Assembly (NCBI GenBank): GCA_938001945.1
Contig: CALLBH010000154.1
Location: 1-43,472, forward strand
Reading direction: 5' to 3'
DNA length: 43,472 nt
Origin: an uncultured Robiginitomaculum sp.
GTDB lineage: Bacteria > Pseudomonadota > Alphaproteobacteria > Caulobacterales > Maricaulaceae
The notes under the pieces were generated by a model, which was not told the DNA's origin, did not search any database, and was given only the letters and a program-made list of their open reading frames with translations. Positions 23,577 to 32,652 of the stretch are shown here, piece after piece. The number at the start of each line of letters is the position of its first letter. Within the stretch, counting starts at the first letter, position 1. The position numbers were made by a program, and so were the translations under genes.

Positions 23577-25610
23577 TGACGTAATTTCAATACGCGCAGT
23601 GCGGCTTTTGCCGTCTGTGTTGACGACGCGCAATGTATAGAATCCGGGCTTGCTCGGTCGCCAAAATGTCTCTGTAGAGTCTAGTGCGCTCTTCCCTAAT
23701 TTCATGCCGTCAACATACCAAGATAACGCGCTGCCATCAGGCGAAAGCGCGGAAAGCGGAAGCGCTTTTTGCCCCCCTGTCGCAGAGAGCGCAATTTGGG
23801 AGCCATCTTCTGGGAATAAGATTTGCGGCGCGCGCTGATCTGGCCCTTGAATGCGGCCCAAGCCAATGGGCGCTTTTTCTGAGCGTTTGTAATTTGCAAT
23901 GCGTCCTTGCGCATGCGGTAACATGGCAAATACATCAAAAAGCAATGGCGCTGCGGCCGTTCGCCCTGTCATACCATAGCGCGGGGCGCCATCCGCGCGG
24001 CCCGTCCAAATAATGACAGTCCATTCATCAGTGTAGCCCGCGGCCCACGCATCGCGATGCCCGTATGACGTGCCCGTTTTATAAGCAATCGGCGGTGCAT
24101 CACTTGAGAGCCATGATGGAACGCGTCCGCCCGGGCTTGGCGCTTGCCGCAGAATTTGCGTGATCTGCGACGCGCTTTGCGCGCTGATAAATTGCTTAGG
24201 CTCTTGAACGCTTTGACCTTCATGCCAAAGCAACGGCGCGGCCATGCCGTCATTAGCAAGCGCGACATAGAGTGTGGCAAGGCCTTCAGGTGTCACCCCC
24301 AGACCGCCCAACGCAACAGCAAGCCCGCCGCCTTCACCGCCGCGCTCGGGTATGGAAATATCAATCCCCGTACTTTTCAGGGCAGCTTCAAAGCGCCGGC
24401 TCCCAATTTGATCAAGCGCTACAACGCTTGGTACATTTAGGGAGTATTGCAGCGCTTGCTCGACAGTGACATCACCGTGATAACGGCGCGTGAAATTTTG
24501 CGGCTGATAAGAACCAAAGCGGGTTGGCGCATCGAGGAGCTTACTGCCCGGTGACGCGATGCCGTCCTCGAAAGCAAGCGCAAAAATAAAGGGCTTAAGC
24601 GCAGAACCCGGCGAGCGCTTACGCTGCGTCATGTCAATCCAGCCGCCTTGAATGTCGCGCGAAACAGATCCAACCGACGCGCGCACTTCACGGGTTTCAT
24701 TATGAACAATCAGAACCGCGACATTACCCAGCTCAGGCTTTTTGACGGCATAGCTTGCCGCTAAATCCTGCGTGCGATTTTGAAGTGAGGCCTCAAGTGT
24801 TGTGAGCGTATAGTCGCCTGCACCGGACAGGCGCTGCGCCGTTAGCCACGCAGTTTGCGGCAGAGCGAGACGCTTTGGGGGTAGTGCCGCTTCGCGGGCT
24901 TCGCTGGCTTGCATAGCATTCAAATCCCCGGACGCCTCTAATCTGCGAATGACATCATCACGGCCTTTACGGGCTATAACCGGCTTACGGTCAGGACGAC
25001 GAGCTTCGGGCGCTTGGGGTAATGCAATAAGCAGCGCAATTTGCGCATCCGTTAAGCCATGAGGTTCATGACCAAACCACGACAGACTTGCGGCGCGCAC
25101 GCCCTCAAGGTTTCCGCCATATGGCACATGGGTCAGGTAAGCCTCTAGGATTTCGGGCTTTGACATGCGCAGTTCAATTTGAACGGCGCGTATCATTTCG
25201 ATTGCCTTGGAACGCAGTGTGCGCGGGCGGGGTTCTATCTGGCGGGCGAGCTGCATTGTAATTGTCGACGCGCCAGAGACAAATTTCTTATTCTGCGCAG
25301 CGCTTTTAACGGCGCGAATAATCGCAATACCGTCAACGCCGGAATGATCGTAAAAGCGTTTATCCTCAATCGCGATAAGCCGCTCAACCAGTCGCGGGTC
25401 GACGTCACCTAGCCGCGCTTGTAATCGCCAGCGCCCATCTTCGACGGTAAAGGCCGAAAGCCATTGCCCGTCATTGGCCGCAACTTCGGGCGAGACAACC
25501 GACAGTCGGTCCAGCGGCGGCGGAAATACCCAATTGGCGAGCACTAGGAAGCTGAAAACAAGCATCAGCCCCCATTTCAGCTTGGCTGGATATGTAACGC
25601 GGCGGCGCAA
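23568..25610 (-). CDS. pbpC: Penicillin-binding protein 1C
   Basis: Transglycosylase motifs EDKRFYDHSG and GASTITMQ; transpeptidase SxxK (SALK), SLN and KTGT; C-terminal beta domain; directly downstream of the alpha-2-macroglobulin gene. Confidence 0.92.
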   Translation of the reverse strand: MRRRVTYPAKLKWGLMLVFSFLVLANWVFPPPLDRLSVVSPEVAANDGQWLSAFTVEDGRWRLQARLGDVDPRLVERLIAIEDKRFYDHSGVDGIAIIRAVKSAAQNKKFVSGASTITMQLARQIEPRPRTLRSKAIEMIRAVQIELRMSKPEILEAYLTHVPYGGNLEGVRAASLSWFGHEPHGLTDAQIALLIALPQAPEARRPDRKPVIARKGRDDVIRRLEASGDLNAMQASEAREAALPPKRLALPQTAWLTAQRLSGAGDYTLTTLEASLQNRTQDLAASYAVKKPELGNVAVLIVHNETREVRASVGSVSRDIQGGWIDMTQRKRSPGSALKPFIFALAFEDGIASPGSKLLDAPTRFGSYQPQNFTRRYHGDVTVEQALQYSLNVPSVVALDQIGSRRFEAALKSTGIDISIPERGGEGGGLAVALGGLGVTPEGLATLYVALANDGMAAPLLWHEGQSVQEPKQFISAQSASQITQILRQAPSPGGRVPSWLSSDAPPIAYKTGTSYGHRDAWAAGYTDEWTVIIWTGRADGAPRYGMTGRTAAAPLLFDVFAMLPHAQGRIANYKRSEKAPIGLGRIQGPDQRAPQILFPEDGSQIALSATGGQKALPLSALSPDGSALSWYVDGMKLGKSALDSTETFWRPSKPGFYTLRVVNTDGKSRTARIEITSLN

Positions 25611-25611
25611 T

Positions 25612-28600
25612 TTAGCCCGGCTGCGTTGAGAGGATAGTCACGCGGCCTGCTGGCGTTATCGCAACCTCGCCAGGGCGATACATATCTTCGATCACAACGC
25701 CGGGGATAGTGAAGTCGCCTGCCGTAACGGCGCGCACCACATAAGCAATGCGATGACGACTTTGATTTTGCGTCTTAAGCGAGGCGACAAAACGGTCATC
25801 TCGCGCTTCGGCGATTTCAAGCTCTGCAATCTCGCCAACCCATGCATAAGGACCGGCATTATTATCTTCCCTCTTACCATCTTCGGGGCGAAGGATCGTT
25901 TCGATCTCAAACCCAGCCGGAAGAAGGTCCGCAATAACAGTCTGCCGAGAGCGGCTAATGGTCGAACGCATCGAAATAAGAATAACAGCCTGATCACCTT
26001 TCTGCATCGCGGCAAGGCTAATAGATTCACCGGTTATGGATAAGACTTTTTTCTCAGCATCATAACCTTCTGCGAAAGCTGCGGGGGCGCGCGTCGGTGT
26101 TCCGTAAATACTGATGACGCGGTAAACATCGCGCTCCCCTGTATTTGAGAAGCTGACATTCTGCGCTAGATAATCGCTATCTAATCCAACTGTGTTTTGA
26201 GGATCAAACCCATCAACCCCTTTGGCCGAAACCTTAAGCTCTGCTCCGCCCAGTTTAATCGCGCGCATCGCCATAATTGTGCGGGCTTTTTCCTGAGTAG
26301 ACAGGCGCTTAGGGTCTTTGAGGCTGGATGCAAATATTGTCTGCGCCTCAGAAATGCGGCTTGGCATCTCTGCTTCGGCCGCAAGCGCGACTAAGGCTGC
26401 GCTGTCGCGAAGTGGAGATTGGTAATAATTATTCTCTTCCTCATAGCCGATTGCTTCGAAAGCAGCATCGAATGCAGAATTCGCGCGGACTTTATCGCCC
26501 ATCATTGCAAAGGCTGTTCCGATTTGCGCAAAGCTCATAGGCGAGCGTAAATTCTTGCGGTGCGTATCGTAGAAGTAACGCATCTTGGACAAATCGCCTT
26601 GGCCGCCGCGCGCGAGAACATAATGCGCATAGGCCGCTGTCTCCGCTTGAGTGCCTTTGTATCTGCTTTGATTGCGATTACGACGATAACGATAGTCCAA
26701 GTAAGCTAGAGACGAATAATTCTCCATCCGCGTCATTTCTTGTAGCGCGCCATAAGAGCGCTTCATCACATCCTCAGACACGTCATAGCCTTCTGCTTCA
26801 GCGCGTTGCAGGAACTCTGTTGCGTAGGCGCCCAGCCATGAATGACCTGCATAATCGCCTGCTCGCCACAGTCCAAAACTTCCTTGGTCATCCATGCGAT
26901 TACTGATTTTATAAACCGCATTTTGCATGCGGCGATTTAATTCCGCTGCGTCCTGTCGCGGCATACCGCCCAGATCATCGGCGTAGAGTAACGGCAGCCC
27001 TGAACTGATTGTTTGCTCGGTGCAGCCATAGGGGTATTTCGACAGGGACGCCGCATAGGATGCGGGGTCAAGGTCCGGCGACGGGGCAAATGATACATTT
27101 ATCTCGACGCTGTCCGGGTTAAGGCCCAGAGCTAAATCTTCAGGCAAGGCTAATGTTTGGCCCGCCGTCATGCGCGTTTCAATACGGCGCTCGACAGGCA
27201 TAAAGGGAGACCGGCTTTGAATTTGATAACTCGACTGAACTGTGTAGTTCTGTGGACCTGTTATATTCATCTCCAAATCACGAATTCCAGAGTCGTTAGA
27301 TGTCAGCGTTATCAATCCGCGCTCACGTTGCTGCTTGGCGAGTTGCACTTGACCTTTAGAGTCTGCATCTGCGGTCAAATCACCGCCGCTCAGCGCGTAA
27401 CCATAACTCCCCGCTTCGCCTTCGACATTATCAAGCGACACCGTCGCAATGGCTGTATCGCCCGGCGCGAGAAAGCGCGGCAAGCTTAGCGTTGCGGGTA
27501 CAGGGTCGCGCACCTTCATGGCTCGGCTAGCGCTTCCAACTGCTGTGTCATTCCACGCCGTTGCCATAAGACGAATTTCGCCGTTAAACTCAGGCAGCTG
27601 TAGCGGAATGACCGCCTTGCCGTTTCTGACATTTATTACGCCAGAAAATAGTGAGACAATTTTCGTTGGGGCGACAGTCAAACCTTCACCGCCAAGACTA
27701 TCCCCGCCGGAGCGCGCTAAGGTCGCCTCACCAAGATTTGGATTAAGCAGACGTGCATAGTCATCACGTAGTTCTAATCCAAAGGCCTTCTTACCGAAGT
27801 AATGCGCTGCTGCATCCGGGCTATCAAATTTCGTAATGCGCAATATGCCTTCATCAACGGCGGCCAGGGTCAGATAGTTTTGCCCATCTTTCATTCCGTC
27901 TATATTCACGGTTACATTTTGAATTTGACGCGGGCGCGTCACTTCGGGTGCATCAATCGAAACATTCAATGTCTGCTCTACAGCTCGAATTGGAATATGT
28001 ACAAGGCCAACAGCGCGGCGCGGGACCGGCCGTTCAGTTTTATCACGCGGCGTGTAGAGCGTAATCAAACCATAGACACTTGCGCCCCAATCCTTGTCGA
28101 CTCGTACACGAATTGTGCTGCCGCCTTCAGGAATCGTGATCGGGCGAATTTCATGAATCTTGTCGCTAGCAATAACAAGCTCTCCTTGACCCGCATATGG
28201 CGCTTTGAGCGTAAGTTCCGCATACCTGCCGGGCTGCGTTGGCTCTGTTGGTCCGGCCATAACAAGTTGATCTGGACGATCACTACGGCTCGCGCCGCCC
28301 CAGCCAACGCTAAATTTGTAAGAGGCGCTAACATTAGTCTCGGCATCTGTGACGATAAGGCGGTAACGTCCCCAATTTAAATTTTGTGTGACTTTGCTTA
28401 GGCCATCGGAGCCTGTTGTTATCTCTCCACTATCGCGCAGACTATCATTGATCGTGAAGCGATACCGCCAGCGGCTACGATTCCGATACCAAACATAATC
28501 CCAATCTTCATAGACCAGTTTCCATTCCAACGTTTTGGATTGCGGCGCGCCCATAGCATCGAGCGCAACAATATCTAAATCGAAGGGCTTGCTGCGCTGC

Positions 28601-30537
28601 GCGCGATTACCGGTGAACCCGGGGCGAATGCCGAGATACACGTCATTTGTGCGCACAGGAACGCGGGCTGAATTTTTGATATAGCGTCCGCCCGGCTCGG
28701 CAATCCCAGCAGTAATTTCGCCGCGCAAGGGATAGCTAGACTTGATATTGTAGCCAGATAAGGACGCCTCAGTTTCCAGCTCGCCTTTTGCATTTGTGAG
28801 GCCTTGGACAAGAACAATATTTTGCTCGCGGAATGTTTCACTTGCGAGGCCAAATGTGAAATCATCATATTTTGGGAATGGCTTGGGATCGACGCGCACG
28901 CGCATCTCGGCTTCCGCTTCTAGATCTTTACCCGGTCCGCCATATAGAAATTCACTGGCCAGAGTGATTGTGACGTCATTATCATTTGTGATGACGCCTT
29001 CATCTGTTTTGATATCTACCTTAATTTTTTGCGGTACGAAATCTTCAACTGAAATTGAGTGTGAGCCGATTAGGTCTAAACCGTCAGCATGCAGTTCTAA
29101 TGTCCACAAACCCCGCGGCGCAGATTCAGGCAGACCAAAACTATGGGCAAGCGCGCTCCCCAATAGCTCGCTTTCGGTAAAGCGCTTTTCTAACGCAACA
29201 ACACCATTCGGACGAATAAGCTTAAAAGTGCCTTCACGCGGTTGCGCTTTAGCGCGGTTATCCCGGAGCATCGCAATTATATTGACGCGCTCGCCGGGAC
29301 GATAAACGCCGCGATCCGTATAAATATAAGGATCGATAACTTCACCGGCGCTGCGTCCATTGACGTCTCGGTCTGATAAATCCAGCGGGCTGCGGCGCAT
29401 ATCCAGTATCGCATAATCACCATTTGGGCCATAGGCCATGACCATGCGCGGCGCAGCCGCGCCCGCGCCTTTAAGTAGCGCCCCGTCGAAACTGGCGTGA
29501 CCATTCACATCTGTTTTTGCTTCGCCTAAAATCCGGTTATTGCTCGCAACCAGTGTGACCCGTGCATCTGAAACGGTTTTAGCGGTATCTAAAGAGCGCA
29601 AAGTTACATCAAGAGCATCGTCCGTTTGATAGCTGGTTATTGCAATGTCTGTGACGATAACCCAGCGCCAAGCTTTGGCGGGTCGCCTCTCATTCTCACC
29701 GCGTTTCTTTTCTGCTGTGATGACATAGGCTCCAGGAGATAAATCGCCAATAATATCAGCGAGCGGAACAACAGTCGTCACGACTTTATTGCTTACGGTT
29801 TTAACATCAAAGCTACCTGTCCAAACCGTCTCGCGTACATTCGTTGCTGCATTTGCATAGGTATAATTATACTCCCCGTCAGCACTGGCCTGACCCGATT
29901 GCGGGTCTCGGCGCGCGATAATACGATCACCAACGGATGATATATCAAGTGTAATTTCATCAATATTAATTGTTTCAACCGCCAAACCCTGCGCGCCGAT
30001 ACGCGGGAGAATGACCCCGTCTCCTGCAAAACGTAGAACGGCTGGCTTGTCGCCAAAGCTAATGGCAACTTTGCGGTCCTCTAATAATTCACTACCACTC
30101 GTCGCGGGAAGGCCCGCCTTTATTGTGAGATCATATTCGGTGTCAAAATCAAAACCCGAAAGACAAGCTCTGGTTCCGCCCACTGAGGCCGCGAGTTTAA
30201 CATCCGGTTTCGTGACGATATAATCCGTGAAGCGCGTATTATCTAAATTGATAGAGGTTGAAAACCTTAAGCAGACTTTAGCGAGACTGCCACTCATGTC
30301 AGGCTCCCAGCCTTGGAATAATATGGGGCGCGGTACAGGCGCTCTGGCCGCCTCTTGAACAGCGACTGGGTCTTGCTCAGGCGCAATGTCATCGCGATCT
30401 CTTATATCTGCGGCGACGGGAACAGGCGTAGCTATACGTGGTTTGGGATTATCTTTTCCAATCAGAGCGTAACCCGCCCACCATGCTGTAAAAATGAGTG
30501 CAATGATCGCGGCGATCAAGCCAGCCTGCTTGTTCAT
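25612..30537 (-). CDS. Bacterial alpha-2-macroglobulin (YfhM/ECAM-like)
   Basis: 1641 aa; TDRGVYRPGE, VEDFVP, LAAVDEG, LPRFLAPGD; thioester motif YPYGCTEQ; paired with pbpC. Confidence 0.93.
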   Translation of the reverse strand: MNKQAGLIAAIIALIFTAWWAGYALIGKDNPKPRIATPVPVAADIRDRDDIAPEQDPVAVQEAARAPVPRPILFQGWEPDMSGSLAKVCLRFSTSINLDNTRFTDYIVTKPDVKLAASVGGTRACLSGFDFDTEYDLTIKAGLPATSGSELLEDRKVAISFGDKPAVLRFAGDGVILPRIGAQGLAVETINIDEITLDISSVGDRIIARRDPQSGQASADGEYNYTYANAATNVRETVWTGSFDVKTVSNKVVTTVVPLADIIGDLSPGAYVITAEKKRGENERRPAKAWRWVIVTDIAITSYQTDDALDVTLRSLDTAKTVSDARVTLVASNNRILGEAKTDVNGHASFDGALLKGAGAAAPRMVMAYGPNGDYAILDMRRSPLDLSDRDVNGRSAGEVIDPYIYTDRGVYRPGERVNIIAMLRDNRAKAQPREGTFKLIRPNGVVALEKRFTESELLGSALAHSFGLPESAPRGLWTLELHADGLDLIGSHSISVEDFVPQKIKVDIKTDEGVITNDNDVTITLASEFLYGGPGKDLEAEAEMRVRVDPKPFPKYDDFTFGLASETFREQNIVLVQGLTNAKGELETEASLSGYNIKSSYPLRGEITAGIAEPGGRYIKNSARVPVRTNDVYLGIRPGFTGNRAQRSKPFDLDIVALDAMGAPQSKTLEWKLVYEDWDYVWYRNRSRWRYRFTINDSLRDSGEITTGSDGLSKVTQNLNWGRYRLIVTDAETNVSASYKFSVGWGGASRSDRPDQLVMAGPTEPTQPGRYAELTLKAPYAGQGELVIASDKIHEIRPITIPEGGSTIRVRVDKDWGASVYGLITLYTPRDKTERPVPRRAVGLVHIPIRAVEQTLNVSIDAPEVTRPRQIQNVTVNIDGMKDGQNYLTLAAVDEGILRITKFDSPDAAAHYFGKKAFGLELRDDYARLLNPNLGEATLARSGGDSLGGEGLTVAPTKIVSLFSGVINVRNGKAVIPLQLPEFNGEIRLMATAWNDTAVGSASRAMKVRDPVPATLSLPRFLAPGDTAIATVSLDNVEGEAGSYGYALSGGDLTADADSKGQVQLAKQQRERGLITLTSNDSGIRDLEMNITGPQNYTVQSSYQIQSRSPFMPVERRIETRMTAGQTLALPEDLALGLNPDSVEINVSFAPSPDLDPASYAASLSKYPYGCTEQTISSGLPLLYADDLGGMPRQDAAELNRRMQNAVYKISNRMDDQGSFGLWRAGDYAGHSWLGAYATEFLQRAEAEGYDVSEDVMKRSYGALQEMTRMENYSSLAYLDYRYRRNRNQSRYKGTQAETAAYAHYVLARGGQGDLSKMRYFYDTHRKNLRSPMSFAQIGTAFAMMGDKVRANSAFDAAFEAIGYEEENNYYQSPLRDSAALVALAAEAEMPSRISEAQTIFASSLKDPKRLSTQEKARTIMAMRAIKLGGAELKVSAKGVDGFDPQNTVGLDSDYLAQNVSFSNTGERDVYRVISIYGTPTRAPAAFAEGYDAEKKVLSITGESISLAAMQKGDQAVILISMRSTISRSRQTVIADLLPAGFEIETILRPEDGKREDNNAGPYAWVGEIAELEIAEARDDRFVASLKTQNQSRHRIAYVVRAVTAGDFTIPGVVIEDMYRPGEVAITPAGRVTILSTQPG

Positions 30538-30637
30538 GATATTCCCCTGATGTGAGTCGTTATCTTTACTATAGGGATAATTAAGGCGCAGTCGCGACCA
30601 AAGGGCGATTTAAATCGGGCAATTTGGCGGCAAAATT

Positions 30638-30664
30638 TTTACCTGGTCTTAACTTTAACCTTAA
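30638..30664 (+). promoter_or_regulatory. CtrA-like site and TTAA cluster upstream of the putative major subunit gene
   Basis: TTTA-CCTGGTC-TTAAC (30638-30653, 8/9 to TTAA-N7-TTAAC); TTAA recurs at 30649, 30655 and 30661. Confidence 0.45.
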
Positions 30665-30743
30665 ACTGGCTCCTAATTTGTTTCCCGTAAATATCTTTAC
30701 ATGACGCCGGGTGGGAGTTCGGCGCAAGAAATGGGAAAATATT

Positions 30744-31619
30744 ATGTCTATTAAAAAACTTGCTTTGGCGGCTGGCGCTGCCACACTTATGACTGCATCA
30801 TCTGCTTATGCTTCAGTCATTGACCGTCCGTTCTTCAAAGTTCTCGGCGTCGTCGTTGTTTGGGGTGCTGATGATTTTGACAGCAATAGCGGTAACGCAC
30901 CTGTAGTATCTGACTTTGTTCTTTTGACAACAGGCAGCGGTAACGCTGGTGCAGACCTTATCGGCGGCGCAGCTGCAGATACATTTGCTGTTGTCACTGG
31001 CGACCTCGTCCCTGTTGACGGCGCAGACGCGTCAGGCGGCGGAACAGTTGACCCAATTACCGGTCAAACATCTGGCGGCGCGTTTACAGACGCTAACTCC
31101 GATGGTCTTCTTGATGCAGGCGATTCATTGTCAGCATTTGGTATCGACGCAACGACTGACATCGACGGTTCATTGTCAAATGTCCATAAAGGGTCATTCT
31201 ACGTTGCATCTAATGCAGCATTCGACATCTATGCGTCTTCATCAAACACAGTCGCAACAGGTGACTTCTTGGTGGACAGCCTAGACGAGAGCAACATCTC
31301 TTTCGAGCTTGCTGTTTCAACAACAGCTCCAGCCTCTATGGCCTCTGTCGGTACTGCCGCGCAGGATCCATCAACAGGTGGTTCAGGTGTTGTCACAACA
31401 GTTGACAGTCTTGATGACATGACAACAGCAACAAAAGTCTTTGATGGCGGACAGCGCACAGCTGCAACGCGCGGCTCTATTGCTGAACAGTCTGTTCGCT
31501 TTGACGCAACATATGCTTTGCTTGATCCAACTGGCGCAGCCGGAGACCAAGGTTACGACCTGTCTATGGGTTCTGGTACATTACAGGCTGACGTAACTTA
31601 CACAGTTTACGTCCCTTAA
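30744..31619 (+). CDS. Secreted acidic beta-rich protein; putative major filament/pilin-like subunit
   Basis: Sec signal ending AYA; rich in Gly/Ala/Ser/Thr/Asp with no Cys; Dx[DN]xDG loop; C-terminal alternating strand GTLQADVTYTVY; followed by a terminator and a chaperone-like gene. The CDS is solid; the function is inferred. Confidence 0.6.
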   Translation: MSIKKLALAAGAATLMTASSAYASVIDRPFFKVLGVVVVWGADDFDSNSGNAPVVSDFVLLTTGSGNAGADLIGGAAADTFAVVTGDLVPVDGADASGGGTVDPITGQTSGGAFTDANSDGLLDAGDSLSAFGIDATTDIDGSLSNVHKGSFYVASNAAFDIYASSSNTVATGDFLVDSLDESNISFELAVSTTAPASMASVGTAAQDPSTGGSGVVTTVDSLDDMTTATKVFDGGQRTAATRGSIAEQSVRFDATYALLDPTGAAGDQGYDLSMGSGTLQADVTYTVYVP

Positions 31620-31644
31620 TCAGACCAAAAAGTTCACGCTTTTG

Positions 31645-31676
31645 ACGGCCTCCTGCTCACGCAGGGGGCCGTTTTT
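31645..31676 (+). terminator. Intrinsic terminator after the putative major subunit gene
   Basis: ACGGCCTCCTGC-tcac-GCAGGGGGCCGT (12-bp stem with one G-U pair) followed by TTTT. Confidence 0.85.
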
Positions 31677-31742
31677 ATGACGTAATGGTGATGTAAACAC
31701 GCCTGCTGCCTTTAACGAATGCCAAACGCTTTTTTCGTATCC

Positions 31743-31758
31743 TTAGTCAACACTTAAC
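31743..31758 (+). promoter_or_regulatory. CtrA-like site upstream of the chaperone-like gene
   Basis: TTAG-TCAACAC-TTAAC, 8/9 to TTAA-N7-TTAAC. Confidence 0.45.
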
Positions 31759-31770
31759 GCTGATGGGAAA

Positions 31771-32628
31771 ATGATTATGGGATTTCACCGCTTTAAAAAG
31801 CTTGCCGCCACAACGGCTATGACGGGCGCAGCTCTTATTGGGCTTACATTTGGCACAGCGCATGTTGCCGGCGCATTTGGGGTCGGCGTGCAGCCCAGCA
31901 CGGTGGAAATGACAGTTAAACCGGGCGACCGGCAGCGCCAAGTCGTGACAATCGGAAATGTTCACAAAACAAAGACCATTAGCTTGACCATGGGCCTTGC
32001 CGACTGGAGCCTTGATAAAAACGGAAAGCTTGTCCTGGACGCGCCCGGTGAAACGCCGCGCAGCGCCTCTGATTGGGTGCGCTTCTCCCCTGCGTCTGTC
32101 ACGCTAAAACCTGAAACGTCACAGGATGTTGTTGTAGAGATCAATGTTCCGGTAAAAGTTGCTGAAAAAGGCGACCACCGTTTTGCGCTTCTTGCAACAA
32201 CATTGCTGCCTGAACTTGATCAACGCGGCGATATTTCCGGCGTGTGGAACCGGTATCAGCTTGCCTCGCTCTTTTATCTTACGCTCACGCCTTCATCCAG
32301 CACCCCTGTCGTGCAAAGCGTTGCCTATAAAAGCGGTGACGCCCCGATGCTAACGCTGGAAATAAAAAATGAAGGTGACGCCCATGCCCGCCTCCAAGGC
32401 CTTGCAACAATTAAAAACGCAGCGGGCGACACCGTCTCCGAAACACCGCTATCTACTGTTGTGCTTGATCGCCACAGCCGCACTTATGACGTCAAAATCG
32501 TTGACGGCGAGAACATTACAGCCGGCGAGTATAGCGTTGAATTTGATATGAATAATATCTTCGCACCGCAAAATAAGTTCCGCAGTACGGATGTCGATGT
32601 CGACACGATAACATTTGTGAATGAGTAG
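31771..32628 (+). CDS. Periplasmic pilus-assembly chaperone-like protein (PapD/CsuC-like, two Ig domains)
   Basis: Signal peptide; VGVQPSTVEMTVKPG...VTIGN; WVRFSPASVTLKPETSQDVVV; second-domain motif LEIKNEGDAHARL. Start 31771 or 31777. Confidence 0.68.
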   Translation: MIMGFHRFKKLAATTAMTGAALIGLTFGTAHVAGAFGVGVQPSTVEMTVKPGDRQRQVVTIGNVHKTKTISLTMGLADWSLDKNGKLVLDAPGETPRSASDWVRFSPASVTLKPETSQDVVVEINVPVKVAEKGDHRFALLATTLLPELDQRGDISGVWNRYQLASLFYLTLTPSSSTPVVQSVAYKSGDAPMLTLEIKNEGDAHARLQGLATIKNAAGDTVSETPLSTVVLDRHSRTYDVKIVDGENITAGEYSVEFDMNNIFAPQNKFRSTDVDVDTITFVNE

Positions 32629-32652
32629 CCTCGCGCCTCTATAAAAGGATAT

